NCBI GenBank assembly: GCA_043101845.1
Contig: JBICHN010000011.1
Location: 756,730 to 820,729, forward strand
Origin: Phycisphaerales bacterium
GTDB taxonomy: Bacteria > Planctomycetota > Phycisphaerae > Phycisphaerales > UBA5793
Direction: 5' to 3'
Length of the DNA stretch: 64,000 nucleotides
Shown here: positions 38,542 through 46,551 of the stretch, in pieces
Position numbering within the stretch: the stretch's first letter is position 1
Layout: each line of letters opens with the position of its first letter
Position numbers and translations under genes: made by a program
Notes under the pieces: model-generated
What the model was told of the DNA's origin: nothing
Database searches by the model: none
Seen by the model: only the letters and a program-made list of their open reading frames with translations

Positions 38542-40100
38542 CGACGGACCCACTCACCGAGTCGATCGAACTCAGACGCTAAAGCGGGGTACAACGCGCG
38601 GTATCGCTCGTACAGGTCTTCGTACCGTGCGGCGTCCGGATCCGGCTCCGATCGATCCTGGATGCGGATCGCTTTCGCGCAGGCTTCCTCGAGGTCGGAG
38701 TAGATTCCTACGCCAACGCCCGCGATGAGCGCGGCGCCGTACGCGGCGCCGTGGGTTACGCTGATCGTATCGACCGGGCATTGGAAGACATTGGCCATGA
38801 TCTGGCGCCAGATCTCGCTTCGCGCCCCGCCGCCCGAGACGCGAACGGATTCCGGATTCACTCCCGTTCGGCGAATGAGTTCGAGCGAATCGCGCAGGCC
38901 GAAGGTGACACCTTCGATGACCGCCCGGGTCATTTCCGCGCGACCGTGTCGGCGCGTGAGTCCGCAGAAGACGCCGCGCGCTTCCGGGTCCGGATGCGGT
39001 GTGCGTTCACCGGTCAGATAGGGGAGGAAGAGGAGGCCTTCGCTCCCTGCAGGCGCCTCCGCCGCAGCGCGGAGAAGCTTCTCGTACGGGTTGACACGCG
39101 GGCCGGGGGTGTCCCGCTCATCGTCGACCTCGAGCACATCGCGCCACCAGGTCAGGCTTCCGCCGGCGGAGAGCATGACCCCCATGAGGTGCCACTGCTC
39201 CGGAGCCGCATGGCAGAACGCGTGAAGCGTTCCCATCGGATCGGCGCGGTAGGACGATCCTGCGGCGAACACCACGCCCGAGGTTCCAAGCGTGACCGAG
39301 ACATCACCCTCGCGGATGATGCCGCACCCGACCGCCTGGGCCGCTTGATCACCCGCGCCGGCGACGACGGGAATCCTCGCGGGAAGTCCCGTCAACCCTG
39401 CGGCTTCTTCGCAGACCTTCGCTACAACCTCGATGGACTCGTGCACAGGCGCGAGCCACGCACGATCGACCTCGAGCGCCGCGATCATCTCATCGGACCA
39501 GCGTCGCCGCTTCACATCGAGCAGGCCGGTTCCCGACGCGTCGGCGACATCAGTCGCGAATTCGCCGGTGAGTTGAAGGCGCACATAGTCCTTCGGCAGC
39601 AGCGCATGTCGGATGCGGTCGTAGATCTCCGGTTCGTGCTCGCGCACCCACAGGAGTTTCGGAGCGGTGAAACCCGGAAGCATGGAGTTTCCGATATGTT
39701 CGACGAGCCGGTCCCGCCCGCCGACCACCTCGGTGATCGCCGCGCATTGCGACGCCGTGCGCTGGTCGTTCCAGAGGATGGCCGGTCGGAGAACTCTCTG
39801 TGATTCATCGAGCAGCGTGAGCCCGTGCATCTGTCCGGTCAGACCGAGCGCCGCGACCCGAGTCGACGCGTCGAGGTGATCACCGAAGACCTGGCGAACG
39901 CTCGACAGAACGCCCCGGTACCAGTCCACCGGCGATTGCTCCGACCATAGAGGGCGGGGGGTGGAAAGCGCATATTCGGATTCCGCTTCACCGATGACGG
40001 CGCCGGTCGAGGCTTCGACGAGCATAACCTTGGCGCCGCTCGTGCCGACATCGACGCCGAGCAGAAGGGGCGATGACTTCGATTCCGCGGCCGCCGGCAT
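38523..40100 (-). CDS. xylB: Xylulokinase (FGGY carbohydrate kinase)
   Basis: LLLGVDVGTSGAKV, LGLTGQMHGLTLLD, AILWNDQRT, VVAGAGDQAAQAVGCG, RVSGGGARSEIWRQIMANVF. Confidence 0.85.
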   Translation of the reverse strand: MPAAAESKSSPLLLGVDVGTSGAKVMLVEASTGAVIGEAESEYALSTPRPLWSEQSPVDWYRGVLSSVRQVFGDHLDASTRVAALGLTGQMHGLTLLDESQRVLRPAILWNDQRTASQCAAITEVVGGRDRLVEHIGNSMLPGFTAPKLLWVREHEPEIYDRIRHALLPKDYVRLQLTGEFATDVADASGTGLLDVKRRRWSDEMIAALEVDRAWLAPVHESIEVVAKVCEEAAGLTGLPARIPVVAGAGDQAAQAVGCGIIREGDVSVTLGTSGVVFAAGSSYRADPMGTLHAFCHAAPEQWHLMGVMLSAGGSLTWWRDVLEVDDERDTPGPRVNPYEKLLRAAAEAPAGSEGLLFLPYLTGERTPHPDPEARGVFCGLTRRHGRAEMTRAVIEGVTFGLRDSLELIRRTGVNPESVRVSGGGARSEIWRQIMANVFQCPVDTISVTHGAAYGAALIAGVGVGIYSDLEEACAKAIRIQDRSEPDPDAARYEDLYERYRALYPALASEFDRLGEWVRRYDDGG

Positions 40101-40163
40101 ACCGATCAGTCCTTTCTCCGATGGACAGCCGCAGTGTACCGTCGTCGACCCGAGTGAAACACA

Positions 40164-40195
40164 ACCGACCCCGAGGCGGCTCCCTCGAGGTCGGT
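40164..40195 (-). terminator. Imperfect hairpin after the BNR-repeat gene (weak terminator candidate)
   Basis: 40164-40176 pairs with 40183-40195 (13 positions, one C/A mismatch, 6-nt loop). The minus-strand tail is TGTGTTTCAC. It lies between the stop at 40230 and the xylB start at 40100. Confidence 0.4.
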
Positions 40196-40229
40196 CGTCA
40201 GATCTCTTCCGCTTCGTCGAGAATGAGGG

Positions 40230-41315
40230 TCAGAACGCTTCGAGACCGACATAAGCGTGTCGAGGGTCGGCTCGGTAGAACTCCATCGTCCGCGCGACCA
40301 TGCCGGCCCGGTAGGCGGTTCGCAACCGGCGCGCCGAAGCGTCGAACTGGTAGACATACATGCCGTCCCACCGGGATCCCCACGCCCAGCCTATCCGGTT
40401 CGGATCGAACGGATGCGGAGTCAGTTCGGGACCGTTCGAGAGTGTGACTCCCGCCGCGTTATCGACGACCGGTTCGAAGGTGAGGCCACCGTCGCGGGAG
40501 AGGTAGATGTGTCGACCCTGCGACGGGTGACCGGCGTCCGCCTGATCAAGGTCGATGGCCATGCACCACGCGACATTCGAATCCACCGGCGAGAAGACGG
40601 CGTTGAACAGATTCACCGGACCGTTCGTCTCCGAGAGCCCGACGATCGGAGTCCAGGTCGCCGCCCCATCGAAGGTCACCCATCCACCGTCGACCGCAGC
40701 GCCGAAGATCATGTGATCGAGATCGTTCGGGTCGAAGGCGATCCGGTAAGTCAGCGGCCCGACCGGTGGCCGGGTCCCGACCCGACTCCACGAATCGCCG
40801 CCGTCGAGCGATTCGTGCACCTGACCGGTCGAGTCGCCGATTCGAATGCGTTGCGCATCGTCCGCGTCAACTCCCAGGCCGAGGATATTCGACACAGGAG
40901 CGTGCAGTTCGATCGCCGCGAAGTTGGCGCCGTCATACTCAACGCGGTACAGCGCCGATCCGTTCAGCGCAAAGGCATACGCTGCGCCGTTCGGTCCCGC
41001 GGTGATCCAGAGCGGCCAATCCGATCCGGGAAGTTCGCGGATCAACTCCCATGAACACCCCTCGTCCCGCGAGACGGCGAGATGGCCGCCGCTCTCCATG
41101 ATGAGATGGTCCGGCAGATCGAGCGTGCGCAATCCCATCGTGACGAAGTAGTCTCGGTAGGGTGATCCCTGCCAGGTGAATATCCGGCGTCCGTGGTGGG
41201 TAAACGCGAGGACCGGCGCCCCGCCGTCCGGGCAGCCGGGTGTTTCGGCCTGGACGGAAGCGGGCGCGAACATGGCGCCGATCATCAAAGCGCACGACAG
41301 CATCGTGGTACGCAC
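40230..41315 (-). CDS. Secreted BNR/Asp-box repeat beta-propeller protein (sialidase/Ycf48-like fold)
   Basis: Signal peptide MRTTMLSCALMIGAMFAPASVQA. Repeated Asp-box motifs are SRDEGCSWE, SLDGGDSWSRV, FDGAATWTPI and SRDGGLTFEPV. Confidence 0.7.
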   Translation of the reverse strand: MRTTMLSCALMIGAMFAPASVQAETPGCPDGGAPVLAFTHHGRRIFTWQGSPYRDYFVTMGLRTLDLPDHLIMESGGHLAVSRDEGCSWELIRELPGSDWPLWITAGPNGAAYAFALNGSALYRVEYDGANFAAIELHAPVSNILGLGVDADDAQRIRIGDSTGQVHESLDGGDSWSRVGTRPPVGPLTYRIAFDPNDLDHMIFGAAVDGGWVTFDGAATWTPIVGLSETNGPVNLFNAVFSPVDSNVAWCMAIDLDQADAGHPSQGRHIYLSRDGGLTFEPVVDNAAGVTLSNGPELTPHPFDPNRIGWAWGSRWDGMYVYQFDASARRLRTAYRAGMVARTMEFYRADPRHAYVGLEAF

Positions 41316-41415
41316 GGGTTCTCCTCTCGATTCATCTAGAACGCCGGGCAGGTCGGGTGCGACCGCCCGACTCTCAGGTTGGTCGCCGATTGTACCCGCG
41401 GGTTGATCCGAAGCG

Positions 41416-42456
41416 TCAAGCCTGGACGCATCGGACCATCGTGGTCTCGTCCACGGGTCGAATGACTCCCCGCTCGGTCACGATCGCGTCGATGAGATCC
41501 GCCGGGGTGACATCGAACGCCGGCGTGAACGCTTCGACGCCCGCCGGCGCCGTCGTCGCCCCGAACCCGTTCGTAAGTTCGTCCGACGCGCGTTCCTCGA
41601 TCGGGATTTCGCTCGCCGAAGGCGTTCCGAGGTCGATCGTCGAAGTCGGCGCCGCGATGACGAAGGGCACGCGGTGTCTTCTCGCCAGTACGGCGAGCGG
41701 GTAGGTTCCGATCTTGTTCGCGGCGTCACCGTTCCGCGCGATGCGATCGGCGCCGGTGATGACGGCCCGGACACGACCGGACGCGAGAACGCTCGCGGCG
41801 GCCGAGTCGGCGATGAGCGTGACAGGAATTCCCGCGGCGCCGAGCTCCCACGCGGTGAGTCGCGCCCCCTGCAGCAGAGGCCTCGTCTCGTCGGCGTAGA
41901 CCCGGATGGACAGATTCGCTTCACGAGCGAGGTACATGGGCGCCGTCGCCGTGCCGATCCCTCCGGTGGCGAGGGCGCCTGCATTGCAGTGAGTCAAGAG
42001 TCGCAGATCGTCGCCAGTGAGCTCGCGCAACAATTCGAGCGCAAGTTCGCCGATGCGCCGGCAGGCGCGACGATCTTCATCATGGATCGACTTCGCCTCG
42101 GCGAGCATCGCCCGAGCGAACTCATCATCGTGGGCTCGATTCGTCGCCTGCATCATTCGTTCAAGCGCCCAGAAGAGATTGACCGCGGTCGGTCGACTCG
42201 CCGCCAGCGCTTCGCGCGCTCGGACGAACCCGTCGCGAGGATCGGCGGCCCGGGCGCCCAGTACACTCCCGTACGCGGCGGCGATGCCGATCGCCGGCGC
42301 GCCGCGCACGCTGAGCCGGCGAATCGCATCGACCACTTCATCGACGCGATGACAGTCGAGCCACGAAGTCTGCTGCGGCAGTCGTGTCTGGTCGAGAAGT
42401 CTCAGATGGCCGGTTTCGGCGTCACCAACCCACGCGATCGCTTCGATCGGATTCAT
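41416..42456 (-). CDS. mtnA: S-methyl-5-thioribose-1-phosphate isomerase
   Basis: LRLLDQTRLPQQTSWL, VRGAPAIGIAAAYG, RPTAVNLFWAL, LTHCNAGALATGGIGTA, ADETRPLLQGARLTAWEL, GADRIARNGDAANKIGTY. Confidence 0.9.
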   Translation of the reverse strand: MNPIEAIAWVGDAETGHLRLLDQTRLPQQTSWLDCHRVDEVVDAIRRLSVRGAPAIGIAAAYGSVLGARAADPRDGFVRAREALAASRPTAVNLFWALERMMQATNRAHDDEFARAMLAEAKSIHDEDRRACRRIGELALELLRELTGDDLRLLTHCNAGALATGGIGTATAPMYLAREANLSIRVYADETRPLLQGARLTAWELGAAGIPVTLIADSAAASVLASGRVRAVITGADRIARNGDAANKIGTYPLAVLARRHRVPFVIAAPTSTIDLGTPSASEIPIEERASDELTNGFGATTAPAGVEAFTPAFDVTPADLIDAIVTERGVIRPVDETTMVRCVQA

Positions 42457-42486
42457 GGCGCAGCGTAGGGCGCCTCGCGCGCTTCA

Positions 42487-42888
42487 TCACGCCGCCGCGT
42501 GCTCTGAATCCTTAGAGATCGTCGTGACGAGCGTATTGAAGATGTGCGTGGCGGGAATCTTCTGCATGGAACGGGAGTCAATGATTCCGTGAGCTACGGC
42601 GTAGTCGATCGCCGCCTGCAGGAACTGCAACTCGGACTGTTCCTCGACACTCGACGCTGCGGCGGGCGCCGGACTCCGCGTCCAGATGAGCGTCTCTTCG
42701 CCGACCGACGCCCCGTCAATGCGGTGATGTTCGAGCAGCGCTTCGATCACCCGTTCCCGCCTCCATCCAAACTTCTGCTCGAGCCCGCGCACGATGCGGG
42801 AGGCCGGGATACCACGGCTCGCCGCCTGATCGAAACTCGACAACATCCGCTCGATGACCGCGTTTGACATGACCGTGTTCCTCTCCAA
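42487..42888 (-). CDS. Hypothetical protein
   Basis: 133-aa ORF in the same orientation as its neighbours, filling the mtnA-galE gap. No motif recognised. Confidence 0.45.
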   Translation of the reverse strand: MERNTVMSNAVIERMLSSFDQAASRGIPASRIVRGLEQKFGWRRERVIEALLEHHRIDGASVGEETLIWTRSPAPAAASSVEEQSELQFLQAAIDYAVAHGIIDSRSMQKIPATHIFNTLVTTISKDSEHAAA

Positions 42889-43023
42889 CTGACCGCTGAA
42901 TGGACCGCATCTCGTCGACCCGCTCGGCTATCGGCGAATCGACCCGTGCGCCATTGATGATCGTGGGTCATGTCATCATTTCGTATTATCGGGCGCGGCG
43001 GGAAAAGGCTCCGCCACGGAGAT

Positions 43024-44028
43024 TCAGTCACGCGGCGCGAAGTACCCGTGCGGATGCTTCGAGATCCAGTTCCAGGCGGTGGCGATGATCTCGTCGATCT
43101 CGGTGTGTTGCGCCGTCCATCCGAGCTCCGCCTGTACCTTTGTCGGATCAGCGAAGAGACGCGGCGGATCACCGGGCCGCCGCTCGCCTTCGACCGCCTT
43201 GATCTTCTCCCCGGTCACGCGTCGGGCCGAGTCAAGAATCTCGCGCACCGAATAGCCGCGTCCGATTCCGAGGTTGTACACGAGCCGGGAGCCCCCCTCG
43301 ATCGCATCCATCGCCGCAATGTGCGCGGAGATGAGGTCCTCGACATGAATGTAGTCTCGGATGCAGGTGCCATCCGGGGTGTCGTAATCGGCGCCGAAGA
43401 TCGTGACCTGTTTGCGCAGCCCGAGCGCCGCCTGCAGGATGATCGGAATCAGATGAGTCTCCGGGTCGTGCACTTCGCCGATCTCACCGTCGGGATCCGA
43501 TCCGGCCACATTGAAATACCGGAGCATCGCGTAGCCGAAATCGGGGTTCGCGTTCGCATAGTCCGCGATTATCTGTTCGACGAAGAGTTTCGACCAGCCG
43601 TACGGATTGATCGGCCGTTGCGGACAAGTCTCCGGAATTGGAATGAACTCCTCGGACGGCTCGCCGTAGGTGGCGCATGTACTTGAGAAAACGAGCCGGT
43701 TCACTCCGGTCTCGTTCATTGCCCTCAGTGTGGCGAGGGCGTTGGCGGTGTTCGCCCAGTAGTAACGAAGCGGCTCCCGGACGGACTCACCGACATAGGC
43801 CAGCGCCGCGAAGTGCATGACGCAGTCGATCGAATTCGACTCGAGCACGCGGGCCGTGTGTCTCCAGTCCTCGAGGTCATGGACGACAAGCATGGCCTCG
43901 CCGGAGACGGCGGGTCGCCATCCGCGATTCAGATTGTCGATGACGACGACCTTGTGGCCGGCCCGTTGCAGGTACTTCACCGCGTGCGAGCCGATATACC
44001 CCGCTCCGCCCGTCACGAGAACATTCAT
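43024..44028 (-). CDS. galE: UDP-glucose 4-epimerase
   Basis: MNVLVTGGAGYIGSH, FSSTCATYG, PINPYGWSKL (YxxxK), MLRYFNVAGSDPDGEIGE, DYDTPDGTCIRDYIHVEDL. Confidence 0.9.
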   Translation of the reverse strand: MNVLVTGGAGYIGSHAVKYLQRAGHKVVVIDNLNRGWRPAVSGEAMLVVHDLEDWRHTARVLESNSIDCVMHFAALAYVGESVREPLRYYWANTANALATLRAMNETGVNRLVFSSTCATYGEPSEEFIPIPETCPQRPINPYGWSKLFVEQIIADYANANPDFGYAMLRYFNVAGSDPDGEIGEVHDPETHLIPIILQAALGLRKQVTIFGADYDTPDGTCIRDYIHVEDLISAHIAAMDAIEGGSRLVYNLGIGRGYSVREILDSARRVTGEKIKAVEGERRPGDPPRLFADPTKVQAELGWTAQHTEIDEIIATAWNWISKHPHGYFAPRD

Positions 44029-44381
44029 TTCCCTCTCCCAACCTCAGACACCGATCTTAACGGTTCGTCGACGGTTCGCCATGAAAACCTCGTGAGTGTT
44101 TGAGCCCGTCTGCGGAGCCAGGATCTGGCGGGGGAAAAGGCTGGCGCACTCCTTAGCCAATTCGGCTGAACCGGCGAGGAGCTTTGCGTCCGAGAACCAG
44201 TGGCGCGGTCGATTTGAATGGCCGGCCCACCTCGGCGCCATAATGCGTCCGAAGGAATCGCCCGACAAGGCTGACAACTCGTACTGCGTCTGAGGCATGG
44301 ACTTTTGCGCGCAGCGCGGCTCCGATTCTCCGCCTCAGATCAGCCGTCCCGATTTCTCGTAGAAAGCGTTGAACGACGACC

Positions 44382-45401
44382 ATGGACACTGTGAACCGAC
44401 TCGAGTCCACTCGACTCTCGATGCTCACCATCCGCGGCGCCTTCGGGGGAGTCCTTATGGGACTCGCGAATCTCGTGCCCGGGATCAGTGGGGGGACCAT
44501 GCTTCTCGTGGCCGGAGTTTACCCCGCATTCGTGGGCGCGATCGCCGAATTGACTCGCCTCCGATTTCGTCTCCGCCCGTTTCTACTCCTCGGCGTGGTC
44601 GCGCTCGCTGCCGGGTTGACGATCATTCTCCTTGCCCGAGCGGTCATGAATCTGGTCATCGACCACCGCTGGATCATGTACAGCCTGTTCATCGGACTCA
44701 CGCTCGGCGGAGCGCCCCTGCTGCTCAAGATGATGAAGCCTCGACCAATATCGGCATGGGTCGGCGTGGCCGCGGGGATTCTGGTCATGGTCGCGATCGC
44801 GCTCGTGAAGCCGGGCGCCGCGAACGACCCGTCGGGGAATATGTTCGTGCTCTTCCTCGCCGGAGTCGCGGGCGCGTCCGCGATGATTCTCCCCGGAGTG
44901 AGCGGCGCCTACCTGCTGCTCATTCTGGGCCAGTATGTGACCATTCTTGCCGCGCTTCACGAGGTCAAGGCGGGCCTGCTCGGCGCGGACGGCGCGGGTC
45001 CGGACCTCAGCGTTCTGCTCGGCGCCATGCCCGTCGTCATTCCCGTCGGGATCGGAGTCGTCCTGGGAATCGTGGCGGTGAGTTCGTTGTTGAGCGCTCT
45101 CCTTCAGCGATTCGAGAAGCCGACTCTCGGATTTCTGCTCGGATTGCTGCTGGGATCGATCGTCGGGCTGTGGCCGTTTCAGCAGGCGGTCGAGCCGCCG
45201 ATCGGCTCGGTGTATCGCGGCGAGGTGGTCGACGCGCAGATTCTCGCCGAGATCGAACGGAAGGATTGGCCGAACGAGTATTTCCGCCCGACTCCCGTGC
45301 AGGTCGCGACTTCCGTCGGCCTCATCGCAGTGGGATTCGCAGTCACGCTCGGTGTGGCGCGAATCGGGCGGGAAAAGCCGGTGAAACGCCAGAGCGTATG
45401 A
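44382..45401 (+). CDS. DUF368-family polytopic membrane protein
   Basis: The duplicated signature GLANLVPGISGGTMLLVAGVY and AMILPGVSGAYLLLILGQY, with about 10 TM helices, is typical of DUF368. Confidence 0.85.
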   Translation: MDTVNRLESTRLSMLTIRGAFGGVLMGLANLVPGISGGTMLLVAGVYPAFVGAIAELTRLRFRLRPFLLLGVVALAAGLTIILLARAVMNLVIDHRWIMYSLFIGLTLGGAPLLLKMMKPRPISAWVGVAAGILVMVAIALVKPGAANDPSGNMFVLFLAGVAGASAMILPGVSGAYLLLILGQYVTILAALHEVKAGLLGADGAGPDLSVLLGAMPVVIPVGIGVVLGIVAVSSLLSALLQRFEKPTLGFLLGLLLGSIVGLWPFQQAVEPPIGSVYRGEVVDAQILAEIERKDWPNEYFRPTPVQVATSVGLIAVGFAVTLGVARIGREKPVKRQSV

Positions 45402-45408
45402 TCCCCGC

Positions 45409-46044
45409 ATGACCGACGCGTACGCCTTCTTTGTTTCGCTGCTCGAACGAGGCGGCTGGGTCATGCTTCCGCTCTCGCTGCTCAGCGTGGTTTCCGTCAC
45501 GCTCTGCGTCGAGCGCGCCTGGTTCTGGATCCGGACGCACCGTCGATCGCAGCGCCGCCGGCTGTCGAAACTCGCCGAGGCTCTCCGCCATGACCGCCGC
45601 GACGAAGCAGACAAACTCGTCCGGCGCGGTGGATCGATCTACGAGCGCGTCGCCCGGCGCCTGCTCCGCGACGGCGCCTCCGAAGGGGTGATTGCGGAGG
45701 CCATCGAACTCGAGCGCCCGGCGATCGAACGCTTCATGACCACGCTCTCGACGATCATCACCGCGGCCCCGCTTCTCGGCATTCTCGGGACGGTGACCGG
45801 GATCATCGGGAGTTTTCAACTGCTCGGGGAATCGAGTCTCGTGACCGATCCGCGCGCCGTCTCCGGCGGCATCGCCGAGGCGCTCATCACGACGGCGGCT
45901 GGCCTCGTGATCGCGATCGTAACCCTGTTTCCCTATGTGGTCTTCAAGGCGCAGGTCGATCGGGCGCTCGGACGACTCGAGGTTCTGATCGCGGCGGCGC
46001 GGCAATCCAGAAACCTGGATTCTGGCGGGTCAGCCCTCGATTGA
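45409..46044 (+). CDS. MotA/TolQ/ExbB-family proton-channel subunit
   Basis: GGWVMLPLSLLSVVSVTLCVER, LSTIITAAPLLGILGTVTGIIGSF, GGIAEALITTAAGLVIAIVTLFPY. It starts 7 nt after the DUF368 gene. No ExbD/TolR/MotB partner follows. Confidence 0.85.
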   Translation: MTDAYAFFVSLLERGGWVMLPLSLLSVVSVTLCVERAWFWIRTHRRSQRRRLSKLAEALRHDRRDEADKLVRRGGSIYERVARRLLRDGASEGVIAEAIELERPAIERFMTTLSTIITAAPLLGILGTVTGIIGSFQLLGESSLVTDPRAVSGGIAEALITTAAGLVIAIVTLFPYVVFKAQVDRALGRLEVLIAAARQSRNLDSGGSALD

Positions 46045-46500
46045 GAGCGAGGGACGGGTCGCCGACGCCTCCATCTCGGAGGCTTCGCTTTCGCGCGACG
46101 CCTCGTCCGTCGTATCGCCCCGTTCCCGGTCGGCCCTCGACATGACCATCACCCAGGTCTCGCGGTCATGCTCGAGGAGCGGCAGGATCTCTTCGATGCA
46201 CGACGCATCCTTCTGCATGCAGGCGTCCACGAGCCGGCGGTAGATGAAGGTGTAAATGCCGGAAAGGTTCGCACAGATCTCCGGCGCCGCGTCAGGCTGC
46301 AGGCTGTTGATCAACTCGAGAACGATCGCCTGACATTGGCTGACGCCTTCGTACACCTTCTCCCAGTTCTTCTCGTGGATACCTTCCTGGCCCATCCGGG
46401 CGAACTTGATCGCCCCGTCGATGAGCATGAGACGAAGCTCGCCCTGAGAGGCGGAGAGCACCCGGTTTCGAAGATAGGCGTTGGCTTCCTGCTTTATCAT
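46030..46500 (-). CDS. fliS: Flagellar export chaperone FliS
   Basis: ANAYLRNRVLSASQGELRLMLIDGAIKFARMG...CQAIVLELINSLQPDAAPEICANLSGIYTFIYRRLVDA shows the FliS four-helix pattern. It lies directly downstream of fliD. Confidence 0.85.
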   Translation of the reverse strand: MIKQEANAYLRNRVLSASQGELRLMLIDGAIKFARMGQEGIHEKNWEKVYEGVSQCQAIVLELINSLQPDAAPEICANLSGIYTFIYRRLVDACMQKDASCIEEILPLLEHDRETWVMVMSRADRERGDTTDEASRESEASEMEASATRPSLSIEG

Positions 46501-46551
46501 CAGTCCCGACTATCGGCCGAAGTTGCGGATCACTTTGGCGACCCGAACGGG

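Noticed and set aside
41416-42456. A possible methionine-salvage link between mtnA and the YbdL-like aminotransferase at 29304-30470.
   Set aside because: The genes are about 11 kb apart, in unrelated transcription units, with no other mtn genes nearby. Nothing in the sequence supports a functional cluster.
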